In this document: in pieces, positions 1 through 12,952 of the stretch
How the letters are laid out: every line of letters starts with the position of its first letter
Position numbering within the stretch: position 1 is the first letter of the stretch
Assembly (NCBI RefSeq): GCF_018350175.1
Contig: NC_058368.1
Span: 234,052,001-234,116,000 of the forward strand
Direction of reading: 5' to 3'
From: Felis catus
Taxonomy: Eukaryota
Length of the DNA stretch: 64,000 bases
Notes under the pieces: model-generated
Database searches by the model: none
What the model saw: the letters and a program-made list of their open reading frames with translations, nothing else
What the model was told of the DNA's origin: nothing
Position numbers and translations under genes: made by a program

Positions 1-733
1 CACGGACTGGCAGGAGGGAGCCAGGGCAGAGGGGAGGCCCGCCGGCCAAGCAGAGCTCCCGAGTCTGGCTTGCAAAAGTGGAGGGGCTGGACAGAGTGTG
101 TTCCGACAGCAAGCATGACTTAGCATCTGGGAGGTCATAAGTTAACAGCTCTGCTCAGAAAGTGGGAAGGCTGGAGGACAAAGGGAGGGTGAGTTGCTGA
201 GCCCCAGGACGACAGAGCTCAGTTTGGAGGGGAACAAAGGCGCTCACTAGCCCCATCTCCCTCGCCCATCCCCCAGCCAAAATCCCAAAGGGAACCGGTT
301 CCTGCCAGGGAGCTTGCTCGCTCAGCGCAAACACCCAACGCTGTGCCTCTGCGGAGCCACCCCTCGGCAGCGGGTCTGACTCCCACCCGCTGCCACAGGG
401 CCCCTCCTGAAGTGGATCACTGAAGGAGAAGAGAGCTAAGCCTGCCCCTCCTGCCCCCGTGCACCTTGCCTACCCACCCCAGCTAATACACCAGATCCCC
501 AGCACCACAAGCCTGGCAGTGTGCAAGTAGCCCAGACGGGCCACGCCACCCCACAGTGAATCCCGCCCCTAGGAGAGGGGAAGAGAAGGCACACACCAGT
601 CTGACTGTGGCCCCAGCAGTGGGCTGGGGGCAGACATCAGGTCTGACTGCGATTCCGCCCACCAACTCCAATTATACACCACAGCACAGGGGAAGTGCCC
701 TGCAGGTCTGCACCACTCCAGGGACTATCCAAA

Positions 734-1624
734 ATGACCAAACGGAAGAATTCCCCTCAAAAGAATCTCCAGGAAATAACAACAGCTAATGAACTGATCA
801 AAAAGGATTTAAATAATATAACAGAAAGTGAATTTAGAATAGTCATAAAATTAATCGCTGGGCTTGAAAACAGTATAGAGGACAGCAGAGAATCTATTGC
901 TACAGAGATCAAGGGACTAAGGAACAGTCAGAAGGAGCTGAAAAACGCTTTAAACGAGATGCAAAATAAAATGGAAACGACCACGGCTCGGATTGAAGAG
1001 GCAGAGGAGACAATAGGTGAACTAGAAGATAAAATTATGGAAAAAGAGGAAGCTGAGAAAAAGAAAGATAAAAAAATCCAGGAGTATGAGGGGAAAATTA
1101 GAGACCTAAGTGATACACTAAAAAGAAATAATATACTCATAATTGGTATCCCAGAGGAGGAAGAGAGAGGGAAAGGTGCTGAAGGGGTACTTGAAGAAAT
1201 TATAGCTGAGAACTTCCCTGAACTGGGGAAGGAAAAAGGCACTGAAATCCAAGAGGCACAGAGAACTCCCTTCAGACTTAACTTGAATCGATCTTCTGCA
1301 CGACATATCATAGTGAAACTGGCAAAATACAAGGATGAAGAGAAAATTCTGAAAGCAGCAAGGGATAAACGTGCCCTCACATATAAAGGGAGACCTATAA
1401 GACTCGTGACTGATCTCTCTTTTGAAACTTGGCAGGCCAGAAAGGATTGGCACGAGATCTTCAATGTGTTGAACAGGAAAAATATGCAGCCAAGAATCTT
1501 TTATCCAGCAAGTCTGTCATTTAGAATAGAAGGAGAGGTAAAGGTCTTCCCAAACAAACAAAAACTGAAGGAATTCGTCACCACTAAGCCAGCCCTACAA
1601 GAGATCCTAAGGGGGATCCTGTGA
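734..1624 (+). CDS. ORF1: LINE-1 ORF1p (coiled coil, RRM, CTD RNA chaperone), open, 296 aa from ATG 734
   Basis: MTKRKNSPQK..., heptad coiled coil, RNNILIIGIPE, ARHIIVKL, WQARKDW, RIFYPASLSF, KEFVTTKPALQEIL; TGA 1622-1624. Confidence 0.95.
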   Translation: MTKRKNSPQKNLQEITTANELIKKDLNNITESEFRIVIKLIAGLENSIEDSRESIATEIKGLRNSQKELKNALNEMQNKMETTTARIEEAEETIGELEDKIMEKEEAEKKKDKKIQEYEGKIRDLSDTLKRNNILIIGIPEEEERGKGAEGVLEEIIAENFPELGKEKGTEIQEAQRTPFRLNLNRSSARHIIVKLAKYKDEEKILKAARDKRALTYKGRPIRLVTDLSFETWQARKDWHEIFNVLNRKNMQPRIFYPASLSFRIEGEVKVFPNKQKLKEFVTTKPALQEILRGIL

Positions 1625-1653
1625 GACAAAGTACCAGAGACATCGCTACAAGC

Positions 1654-4600
1654 ATGAAACCTACGGACATCACAACGACTCTAAACCCGTATCTTTCTAT
1701 AATAACACTGAATGTAAATGGATTAAATGTGCCAACCAAAAGACATAGGGTATCAGAATGGATAAAAAAACAAGACCCATCCATTTGCCGTCTACAAGAG
1801 ACACATTTCAGACCTGAGGACACCTTTAGATTGAGAGTGAGGGGATGGAGAACTATTTATCATGCTACTGGAAGCCAAAAGAAAGCTGGAGTAGCCATAC
1901 TTATATCAGACAAACTAGACTTTAAATTAAAGGCTGTAACAAGAGATGAAGAAGGGCATTATATAATAATTACAGGGTCTATCCATCAGGAAGAGCTAAC
2001 AATTATAAAGGTCTATGCGCCAAATACCGGAGCCCCAAAATATATAAAATAATTACTCATAAACATAAGCAACCTTATTGATAAGAATGTGGTAATTGCA
2101 GGGGACTTTAACACTCCACTTACAGAAATGGATAGATCATCTAGACACATGGTCAATAAAGAAACAAGGGCCCTGAATGACACATTGGATCAGATGGACT
2201 TGACAGATATATTTAGAACTCTGCATCCCAAAGCAACAGAATATACTTTCTTCTCGAGTGCACATGGAACATTCTCCAAGATAGATCATATACTGGGTCA
2301 CAAAACAGCCCTTCATAAGTATACAAGAATTGAAATTATACCATGCATACTTTCAGACCACAATGCTATGAAGCTTGAAATCAACCACAGGAAAAAGTCT
2401 GGAAAACCTCCAAAAGCGTGGAGGTTAAAGAACACCCTACTAAAGAAGGAATGGGTCAACCAGGCAATTAAAGAAGAAATTAAAAAATATATGGAAACAA
2501 ACGAAAATGAAAATACAACAATCCAAACGTTTTGGGATGCAGCGAAGGCAGTCCTGAGAGGAAAATACATGGCAATCCAGGCCTATCTCAAGAAACAAGA
2601 AAAATCCCAAATACAAAATCTAACAGCACACCTAAAGGAAATAGAAGCAGAACAGCAAAGGCAGCCTAAACCCAGCAGAAGAAGAGAAATAATAAAGATC
2701 AGAGCAGAAATAAACAATATAGAATCTAAAAAAACTGTAGAGCAGATCAACGAAACCAAGAGTTGGTTTTTTGAAAAAATAAACAAAATTGACAAACCTC
2801 TAGCCAGGCTTCTCAAAAAGAAAAGGGAGATGACCCAAATAGATAAAATCATGAATGAAAATGGAATTATTACAACCAATCCCTCAGAGATACAAACAAT
2901 TACAGGCATGAAAAATTATATGCCATCAAATTGGACAACCTGGAAGAAATGGACAATTCCTAAACACCCGCACTCTTCCAAAACTCAATCAGGAGGAAAT
3001 AGAAAGCTTGAACAGACCCATGACCAGCGAAGAAATTGAATCGGTTATCAAAAATCTCCCAACAAATAAGAGTCCAGGACCAGATGGCTTCCCAGGGGAG
3101 TTCTACCAGACGTTTAAAGCAGAGATAATACCTATCCTTCTCAAGCTATTCCAAGAAATAGAAGGGGAAGGAAAACTTCCAGACTCATTCTATGAAGCCA
3201 GTATTACTTTGATTCCTAAACCAGACAGAGACCCAGTAAAAAAAGAGAACTACAGGCCAATATCCCTGATGAATATGGATGCAAAAATTCTCAATAAGAT
3301 ACTAGCAAATCGAATTCAACAGCATATAAAAAGAATTATTCACCATGATCAAGTGGGATTCATTCCTGGGATGCAGGGCTGGTTCAACATTCGCAAATCA
3401 ATCAACGTGACACATCACATTAATAAAAGAAAAGATAAGAACCATATGATCCTGTCAATCGATGCAGAAAAGGCCTTTGACAAAATTCAGCACCCTTTCT
3501 TAATAAAAACCCTTAAGAAAGTCGGGATAGAAGGAACATACTTAAACATCATAAAAGCCATTTATGAAAAGCCCACAGCTAACATCATCCTCAATGGGGA
3601 AAAACTGAGAGCTTTTTCCTTGAGATCAGGAACACGACAGGAATGCGCACTCTCACCGCTGTTGTTTAACATAGTGTTGGAAGTTCTAGCATCAGCAATC
3701 AGACAACAAAAGGAAATCAAAGGCATCAAAATTGGCAAAGATGAAATCAAGCTTTCACTTTTTGCAGATGACATGATACTATACATGGAAAATCCGATAG
3801 ACTCCACCAAAAGTCTGCTAGAACTGATACATGAATTCAGCAAAGTTGCAGGATACAAAATCAATGTACAGAAATCAGTTGCATTCTTATACACTAACAA
3901 TGAAGCAACAGAAAGACAAATAAAGAAACTGATCCCATTCACAATTGCACCAAGAAGCATAAAATACCTAGGAATAAATCTAACCAAAGATGTAAAAGAT
4001 CTGTATACTGAAAACTATAGAAAGCTTATGAAGGTAATTGAAGAAGATATAAAGAAATGGAAAGACATTCCCTGATCATGGATTGGAAGAATAAATATTG
4101 TCAAAATGTCAATACTACCCAAAGCTATCTACACATTCAATGCAATCCCAATCAAAACTGCACCAGCATTCTTCTCGAAACTAGAACAAGCAATCCTAAA
4201 ATTCATATGGAACCACAAAAGGCCCCGAATAGCCAAAGTAATTTTGAAGAAGACCAAAGCAGGAAGCATCACAATCCCAGACTTTAGCCTCTACTACAAA
4301 GCTGTCATCATCAAGACAGCATGGTATTGGCACAAAAACAGACACATAGACCAATGGAATAGAATAGAAACCCCAGAACTAGACTCACAAACGTATGGCC
4401 AACTAATCTTTGACAAAGCAGGAAAGAACATCCAATGGAAAAAAAACAGTCTCTTTAACAAATGGTGCTGGGAGAACTGGACAGCAACATGCAGAAGGTT
4501 GAAACTAGACCACTTTCTTACACCATTCACAAAAATAAACTCAAAATGGATAAAGGACCTGAATGTGAGACAGGAAACCATCAAAATCCTAGAGGAGAAA

Positions 4601-5488
4601 GCAGGAAAAGACCTCTCTGACCTCAGCCGTAGCAATCTCTTACTCGACACATCCCCAAAGGCAAGGGAATTAAAAGCAAATATGAATTACTGGGACCTTA
4701 TGAAGATAAAAAGCTTCTGCACAGCAAAGGAAACAACCAACAAAACTAAAAGGCAACCAACGGAATGGGAAAAGATATTTGCAAATGACATATCAGACAA
4801 AGGGCTAGTATCCAAAATCTATAAAGAGCTCACCAAACTCCACACCCGAAAAACAAATAACCCAGTGAAGAAATGGGCAGAAAAACATGAATAGACACTT
4901 CTCTAAAGAAGACATCCGGATGGCCAACAGGCACATGAAAAGATGCTCAACATCACTCCTTGTCAGGGAAATACAAATCAAAACCACACTCAGATATCAC
5001 CTCACGCCAGTCAGAGTGGCCAAAATGAACAAATCAGGAGACTATAGATGCTGGAGAGGATGTGGAGAAACGGGAACCCTCTTGCACTGTTGGTGGGAAT
5101 GAAAATTGGTGCAGCCGCTCTGGAAAACAGTGTGGAGGTTCCTCAGAAAATTAAAAATAGACCTACCCTATGACCCAGCAATAGCACTGCTAGGAATTTA
5201 CCCAAGGGATCCAGGAGTACTGATGCATAGGGGCACTTTTACCCCAATGTTTATAGCAACACTCTCAACAATAGCCAAATTATGGAAAAGCCTAAATGTC
5301 CATCAACTGATGAATGGATAAAGAAATTGTGGTTTATATACACAATGGAGTACTACGTGGCAATGAGAAAGAACGAAATATGGCCCTTTGTAGCAACGTG
5401 GATGGAACTGGAGAGTGTGATGCCAAGTGAAATAAGCCATACAGAGAAAGACAGATACCATATGTTTTCACTTTTATGTGGATCCTGA
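1654..5488 (+). pseudogene. ORF2: LINE-1 ORF2p (APE endonuclease + reverse transcriptase), disrupted
   Basis: EN motifs TLNVNGL, GDFN, SDHN; RT motifs PGPDGF, YRPISL, FADD; C-terminal CWRGC..HCWW. Stops TAA 2050-2052, TGA 4073-4075, TGA 5100-5102; frameshifts near 2903, 2956, 4883, 5288; ends TGA 5486-5488. Confidence 0.96.
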
Positions 5489-5764
5489 GAAACTTAACAG
5501 AAACCCATGGGGGAGGGGAAGGAAAAAAAAAAGGTTAGAGAAGAAAAAAAAAAGGTTAGAGCATAAGAGACTCTTAAAAACTGAGAACAAACTGAGGGTT
5601 GATGGGGGGTGGGAGAGAGGGGAGGGTGGGTGATGGGTATTGAGGAGGGCACCTGTTGGGATGAGCACTGGGTGTTGTATGGAAACCAATTTGACAATAA
5701 ATTTCATATATTGAAAAAATAAAAAATAAATAAAATAAACTTTGTGCACAAAAAAAAAATTTTA

Positions 5765-6690
5765 CTAGTATCTACAGGTTATATCTCTTGTTTTCATTCC
5801 TGATGTTGGGTATTTCACCATGCTTATAGGGTTTTATCAATTTTATACATGGTTTCAAAGAATCAACTTTTAGCTTTGCTGTAACCACCAAAATAGTACC
5901 TTTGTATGTTCCGCTTTTATCTTTACAGTTCCTTTGTACCCCTTTCTTGGGCTTATTTTGCTGTTCTTTTTCCAAATTCTTATTTTGTACTTAGTTCATT
6001 AATTTTCAGCCTTTTTTTCTCGAATAAAGGCATTTAAAATGGTGAACTTCTGCATCTCCTATGTTTTGAATATGGTATTATTTTCATTCCATGTATTTTA
6101 TTTTTTTAAGTATTTTTTAAAATTTATTTATTTTGAGAGAGTCAGAGATAGCGTGAGCAGGTGAGGGACAGAGAAAGGGAGGGAGAGAGAGAGAACTCCA
6201 AGCAGGCTCCACACTGCCAGCTGCAGAGCCTGACATGGGACTCGAACTCATGAACCGTGAGATCATGACCTGAGCCAGAATCAAGAGTTAGTCGCTTAAC
6301 CAACTGAGCCACCCGGGCACCCCTTTCGTTCCATTTAAAATTTCTTCTAAGTATGATGGCTTCTTCTTTACATTGGAGCTATTTAGAAATGTGTTTCTTA
6401 ACTCACACATAAGGCAATTGTCTAGTCACATAATTTTATTCGTCTCTTTGTTACTTGAATTGTGGTCAAAACTATTTGTTGTGTAATTTTAATCCTTTTG
6501 AGACTTGCCTTATGAATCATTTTGGGGTCCGTTTTTGTAAATGATCAACACATGCTTGAAAAGTGAAATGTGCCTCTACATTCGGTAGGTGTAATACTTA
6601 GTATTTGGCTGTTAGGCCATGTCTGTTGATTGTTATTCATTTTTTTTTTTACATCTTTAACAATTTTGGGGGCTGCTTTTCTATCAGTTA
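5765..6690 (-). mobile_element. Old L1M ORF2 fragment (antisense), interrupted by a Can-SINE
   Basis: T-rich degenerate antisense ORF2 (TTTATCAATTTTAT...CAAAGAATCAACTTTTAGCTTTG; TGTGGTCAAAA...TAATCCTTTTGAGACTTG). Confidence 0.7.
6095..6323 (-). mobile_element. Can-SINE (tRNA-derived, felid)
   Basis: Poly-T tail, (GA) tract, CTGAGCCACCCGGGCACCCC head; TSD TTTCATTCCAT/TTTCGTTCCAT. Confidence 0.95.
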
Positions 6691-7639
6691 GTGTGAAAGG
6701 GTAGGCTTGACATGTGGGACCACCTCTGCCCTGGAGCATTTTTGTCTGTATAGAACACACGGCTAGGAAGTGAAACCGTTCATTAGCTCAACCTCTTAGC
6801 CCAGGAGAACAGAAGTTGGAGCGGGGGTCCCACCAAAGTGGGATCTGGATAAACCTCTGGTTGGAATGTGAGAAGCTGTATCCTGGAAACCAGGGTTTAT
6901 GCCGGCTGCAGCCCAACACTGAGCCACACGTGTGTCCAGAAAACCATCACTTTCTGAAATTAGAAGAAGTTGATCCTAGATTGTTGCACCCCAGGTGCGT
7001 CAGAAAAGTTAATAAATATCCTCCCCGGAGGAAAATGACATGATCCTAAGCTTTCAAGTGGTCCCGTGAATAACGTTCATAAATAAAATGTCCGTTACAA
7101 AAATCAAAGATAACTTGGCACACAAGGAAGAGCCACATAAAAGAAAAGAAAAAGCGAATGTGAGAATCAATAGGGTAGAGTCTCCATCTGTTGTCTTGGG
7201 GAAGGCATCCAGGTGAGCTTGGGGTGAATTTTCTGCCTCTTCTATATGCATTTTTTGAAAGTCTGTTTTCTTTATGTGGCCAACATAACTAGTTCTGGCC
7301 AAAGAACTCTATACTTCGCTAAGTCTCCTTTGCATCCAAGCACATTTTTATAACTTAGAATTGATGTTTTGTTCTAGTAGTCCTTAGCGGGAGGCTTGAA
7401 CTGAATGCCTCGCCCACTAATATGCAAGTGAAAAGCCATCCCTTTTGCTCTTAAATACCCAAATTTGGGCTCCAGCATGCAAAATGCCATTGAAATTTGA
7501 CACAGTTATTCATTGTCAAGTCTAGTCCTTCCCAATTCCCCAAGCTAATCCTAACCTTCAGAAATATTTATTATTAAGCAGTATGGTAGTGCTCTCCCCT
7601 AGTATTTCCTGTATATACGTGCACACACACACACAAACC

Positions 7640-8010
7640 AAGAAGAATACAAGGTGTACATACAGGTTGGTAGGTAACTCGCTCTTTCAGTTGACAGTTG
7701 AAGTGTTTCATTTTCTTTACAATGTAAATCTTTTGCATGTCAAAGTCTATCCTCAGGCTTCATGCCTTCTGAAAGTTATATATTACTCAAGGTATGTATT
7801 TACCAAAATGTATGATCGAACCTTTTTGTTAATTGTCTTTCTGTCTTGCTTTTCTATTTCAAATAATGTTGCCATTAATTCCTTTGCATATAAATACATA
7901 GATACTTGCACAATTTTATTTGAGGATATGTTCCTTGAAGCATTGATGCTGACTCAGAGTGTATAGGGATTCAAGTTCGTGATTTAAAAATCTACTGGGA
8001 TGCTGTCAAA
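7640..8010 (-). mobile_element. Ancient L1ME-type 3' fragment
   Basis: TTTCTATTTCAAATAATGTTGCCATTAATTCCTTTGCATATA resembles an antisense L1ME 3' end. Confidence 0.55.
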
Positions 8011-11000
8011 TACCTTTATGGCATTTGGGAATCTTGTTTTCTCACTTTGTGACAACATGTTATGCAATTCCAGTTCTAACTTCTATTTGTGTTGATTTTG
8101 GGCTTAATGGCTGCTTAGTTGAAAAAGGAAACCTCATAAGACTATATGATATTCAATAAAGTAATCCCGAATTTACTAAAATATGGTACTTACTTATCAA
8201 TTCCATCCACCTATTATGCCAAGTTTTAATAAAATTCAGCTCTTAAACTGAATCGTGTTGTATTCAACTCATTTGGTTTTTGTTCCATAATGTCAATCAT
8301 ATGCTCCTAGCAAGTAATCAGAATGTGCAGCCTTTTTAATGTTTTAAGCAAATAGGTTTAAGGCTTACTGAAAGCCATCAGTTGAAAGATTATTAACCAG
8401 GGCAGAAAATTGTTTCCAATTTCTAAAGTGTGTGGACATCAATGGTTTTAAAGGTGACATTATGTCAGCAACACCACCTCAATGGCTCTGATGCAGTGAT
8501 GAATGCATTTCCAAACACTGCCAATGCTTTTGTTATATAGAGCACGTTCCTTTCAGAATGCAATCATTTTCTCATGCCTTGTGAAAATGTCATCTTTACC
8601 TGGAAGGAATATATCAACCAATCTTACATAGCAAGCCATGTACTATTGGTAGTCCTTTCTCAGCATGCAACTTTGTGGAAAGGGTTGAGAAAGGCTCCTC
8701 CCCCACTCTGCCTGGATCCCGACCCCAGAGCTGAGAACACCTGCTCTTCTGAAACATCCTGCTTTCTCTAAGTGTTGGGAAAACCTGGAGACGAGTCTTT
8801 AGCCCCCAGGCCTCCCTCGAGCCATGGGTGGAGGGTGTGGATAGCAGTAAAATGTGGATGCAAATACACAGAGAAAGAGATTTCTGTTTTTTCACACCCT
8901 GAAGAGATAATAAGCTGGAGGCAATATAAAATTGAAACTTTTTAGAAAGAGCTGTCAGAAACTGTTTCCTCCCCCAAAGATAAATGATAACTTTAATGTA
9001 GTAGGTGACAAGACACAGCAGTCTTGCTAGTCATCACCAAAAACACTTTCCCTTGAGGCTGGCTGTTGTGTGGACCTCAGTTAGCAGACACAGGGCAGGA
9101 ACAGAATCCCATTCGGACAACCTTACTGACAACTAACAGACACGTGGCCTGAGGTTAGATCCAGATGTCCTCTCCAAATGGCTGACTTCACTGCAAAGAA
9201 CTGAGAAAGATCCACCAGTTTTCATTGAATCTTGATATCAGGTAACAACATATATCTGAAATTGAAAGGCTCTTGATGGGTTTAATTGTCCTGGGACCTC
9301 ATTAGTATACATAGTATTTGCAAACAGTATGAATTATAAGCTTACTTTCTGTTTTTGATAACCTGTACTACGGAAAAAAAATGGATTTGACAATTTCTAA
9401 TGTGGGAGAGATCAACAAATTCAGTGATCTTATTAGAGACAAAAATAGTGTGTATTCATTATGTGCAAATGATAAAAAATTTCCCCAGAAATCATATTTT
9501 ATTAGTATAACACAAGTAGTTGAAGTCCTGTGAATTTAGCTTGTTCTTTGTAAAATAATGCACATGTGGTTTAAATACTCTTATATCCTGCATTAATACA
9601 GTAAATGCTCACTTTGTACCAGACAGGGTGACAGCTACTGAACCAACAAAGATGAAAAACAGACAGTGCCTGCCATTTTCTTTTAGTCATATATGTTTGT
9701 CCTCTTTTCCCAGTAGAAAATGAGCATCTTGAGGATAGGGACCATGGGTCCACATCCACACCTGCAGCACAGGGACCATGCCCAGCAGAGTTGAGTCTAT
9801 AACATGCTCGCTGAACTGTCAATCCATTCACCATTCTCCCTTACTTTCAAAGCCCTGGCTCTAAGTGACCGCTGGAATTTCATTTTGATTAAGAGTCAGC
9901 AGGTGATTCTCAACAAACCCAATATTTTAACTGATAAGTCGGTCAATAGTGACCCCTATTCTGAAGTGTCTGCATTGTAACCTCTGCCTTCCCAAGAGGT
10001 GGGTGGCTTGACACCATAATGCTCGCCTAGCTTTGCCACAAGTGTCTGCGTAGACTAACAAAGCCAATACTACAAAGATGCCTTTGCTGTAAAAGAGAAG
10101 TTCTAGATCATGCAACATTTATATTCTGGACATCACACTCATTGCCACTGCCATGGAGTTTGTAGAGGAGGAAAGGACACCAGGACAAAGAAGCAAATCC
10201 TCCTGAATAAGGCTGATCTCCTGATTATGGTGAAGAAAGTGCCCAGAAAGAAGCTGACTTCTCCGAGAACACAGAGGAGGAGCTATCTCTCCTAGCATGG
10301 GTGTCCACTTCAGCTCCTTAGAGACACAACTCTGGTCTCTGCTGTGCCAGGCACAGGCTGTGAAGTCAACAGGTTTGTATCCAGGTCCCTGATTTGTCCC
10401 CCATAGCTTTGCAGGCACTTTGTACTTCCGTTTTGTCACATGCCAAATGGAAATGAAAATGCCCACCTTGCAGATTGTAATACAACGTAATTGTGTCATC
10501 TGCATGAAGGTGAGTCCACGTTGTTCCTGACTTGGAGCTCATGCCTTGGGTCTCAGTGCTGACCAAGACAGGGAAGGCCATGTGCCTCGCCAAGCTGGTT
10601 TTCCTTTGTGTGTGACTTTCCTTGGCAATAAATAAGGGAATGAATGAAGACCATTTCTGGAATTTAAGTGAGAAAATACAAGAATGCCGGCAATGAGCAA
10701 AGACTGGCTTCAAAGTAGGAGGCTCTGAATGGCAGGTGCGTTTGAGTAAGAGAGAAACCCAAGTTATCATCAGTGTGTCAAAGCCTTTGCCTCCTGTACC
10801 ATGAACATCAGAGACTCTTGCATAAGGAGGTATGTCCCTAACTGTGCTTGCGTTCGATTTTGTTTGTCCTCCTGATTCATATTCTGGGAGCTCATCTAAC
10901 AAACCAGAGTGTTCTCACATCTGTTGTTTTGGTGAATGAGAATCCCATCGTTGTATTTGTATAAGTCATGACGTGAACCTACAAACAAAGCCTAATCTTG

Positions 11001-11131
11001 ACTTTGGTGACAAAAAGGACACTGAACACTAGTTTCACTTTTGTAAAAATGTGCAATGAGATTTAATTAAAATTTTACAAAACTAAAGAAAGAGACCTTA
11101 AGGATTTTCTTAATTTAAATTATGAATTGTT

Positions 11132-11342
11132 GGGGCGCCTGGGTGGCTCAGTCAGTTGAGTGTTGGACTTTGGCTCAGGTCATGATCTCAGGGTTCATGA
11201 GTTCGACCCCCACATCGGGCTCACTGCTGTCAGCACAGAGCCTGCTTCAGATCCTCTGTCCCCCTGTCTCTCCGCCCCTACCCCACTTGCACTCTCTCTT
11301 TCAAAAATAAATAAACATTTAAAAAAATAATAAAATAAGTAA
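11132..11342 (+). mobile_element. Can-SINE
   Basis: GGGGCGCCTGGGTGGCTCAG head, CT tract, A tail; degenerate TSD ...GAATTGTT/...GAGTTGTT. Confidence 0.95.
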
Positions 11343-11473
11343 ATAAAGAGTTGTTAATTATAATTTGTATTCTTGCCTTTTAATTTTAATAGATAATTTG
11401 GGATATCTAGAATAGAATAAAATTTGTAAACTAAAATCCAGAAATAATTTTAATTTTTCAAAATTTTTATATA

Positions 11474-11697
11474 TTTTTTTAATTTTTAAATATTTATTTA
11501 TTTTTGAGAGAGAGAAAGAGAGAGAGAGAGAGAGAAAGAGCGCAAGTGGAGGAGGGGCAGAGAGAGGGAGACACAGAATCCAAAGCAGGTTCCAGGCTCT
11601 GAGCTGTTAGTTAGCACAGATGCGAGATCCCACGAGATGCGAGATCATGACCTGAGCCGAAGTCGAATGCCCAACCGACTGAGCCATCCAGGCATCC
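11474..11697 (-). mobile_element. Can-SINE with internal rearrangement
   Basis: T tail, (GA)n, GAGATCATGACCTGAGCCGAAGTCG; GATGCGAGATC occurs twice in place of the B-box region. Confidence 0.93.
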
Positions 11698-12952
11698 TAT
11701 ATTTTCTCTAGTGTACTTTTTAAGGTACATTTTAAATATAATGATATTTTACTGTTTAATCCTTTAAATCACTTCTGTCTACAGAATATCAGTTTTGTTA
11801 AAACTATATTAAAAAATAAATCATATGGAATAAAAAAATGGTAATTTACAAATTATATATGTATGTTATTTTATCATTAATGCAATCTACACTGTCCATG
11901 AACAGAACACCCAGATGTGAGCAATGATCATTAAGTTATTTGCCTTTCATCCGGAATGACTTCCAGTGATCTAAAAACCATGTTTTTAATTTGTTCATTA
12001 AAATGGTGCACTTGTCTGAAAGGATGCCAGAGCATATTTTATTTAACCTTTTGTTTGCTTGACTTTCAACTTGAAGATATCCACATATGGGATGTGGGCT
12101 GCCATATGCATCTTGCTGTGAATCCTCCAAATGGGAGTGGCCACATTGAATACAAAATATGTCAATAGTAGAGTCCTAGAAAAGTAACTCAGTGTAAGAG
12201 AAGGGGAAGGTGGGGGACAAGCGGCGTGTGAGCAGATCACCGAAGGAAGAGAAGAGGCAGGTAGTGTGGATACCTGGACACAGGTGCTCCAGGGATGAGG
12301 AATAACACAATGCAAAGGTGCAAGGCTAGAGTTACCCTGACATGCCCAACGAACAGGGCGAGAGAGATGGTCCTTCAGGAACACTTTGGCTTTAATCTGT
12401 TTATATTTGGGGATATTTAGAATAAATTACTGCAAAAATAAAAATAGAACTTGCTGCCAGAAATGCTTGAAAAAAAATTCTTGTGAATGATCATTATTTA
12501 CTCTCTGCTCTGACATCAAGGAAACTCAGAGCCATACCTGTGAGCCTATGTTGGTGATTAAACAGGACTTGAGAGAATGTCCTGTGCACTAGCCTTACCT
12601 TCTTGTTGCTTTATTTCTCTGTCTGTATCTTGCAATGAGTCCTTCCTGCTTATCTACTGATTTATTCTATTTTGTGATGTATAGCACTGTGAACTGATCA
12701 GAGGTGTTTTTAGAAGGAGAAGGAGCAGCATAAAGACTCCGACAGGAGACTAGCATCAGAAGGAGCAGGGAGCTGGGCAGGAAGACGCATTCCTTTACAT
12801 ATGTTGAGTCTAGGGTGCTGGAGGAATGGCCATGAAGAATTGAAGTTTCTAGGGGGAGAGCAGCCCTGGAAGACATGGAGGAGGCCACGTTTTGGTGGGT
12901 ACCCCCACAAAGAAGTGTTGTTCGATGGTGGAGTCATGGTGTATGAGTCAGC

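Larger units (their letters stand above)
1..5759 (+). mobile_element. Near full-length felid LINE-1 (5' end runs off the window); retrotransposition-defective
   Basis: GC-rich 5' UTR (1-733), ORF1, ORF2 (EN-RT-C-terminal), G-rich 3' UTR, AATAAA at 5696-5701 and A-rich tail 5714-5759. Confidence 0.98.

Noticed and set aside
483..671. Antisense ORF in the L1 5' UTR as an ORF0 analogue
   Set aside because: It has a non-ATG start and is short. ORF0 is described for primate L1s and I see no similarity.
928..4987. Minus-strand ORFs overlapping L1 ORF1/ORF2
   Set aside because: These are shadow frames of A-rich L1 coding sequence, seen in most L1 copies.
10110..10902. Longer ORFs 10119-10505 and 10366-10902 (minus strand)
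   Set aside because: No recognisable domain, unremarkable composition and no convincing splice context; the length is within chance for 64 kb.
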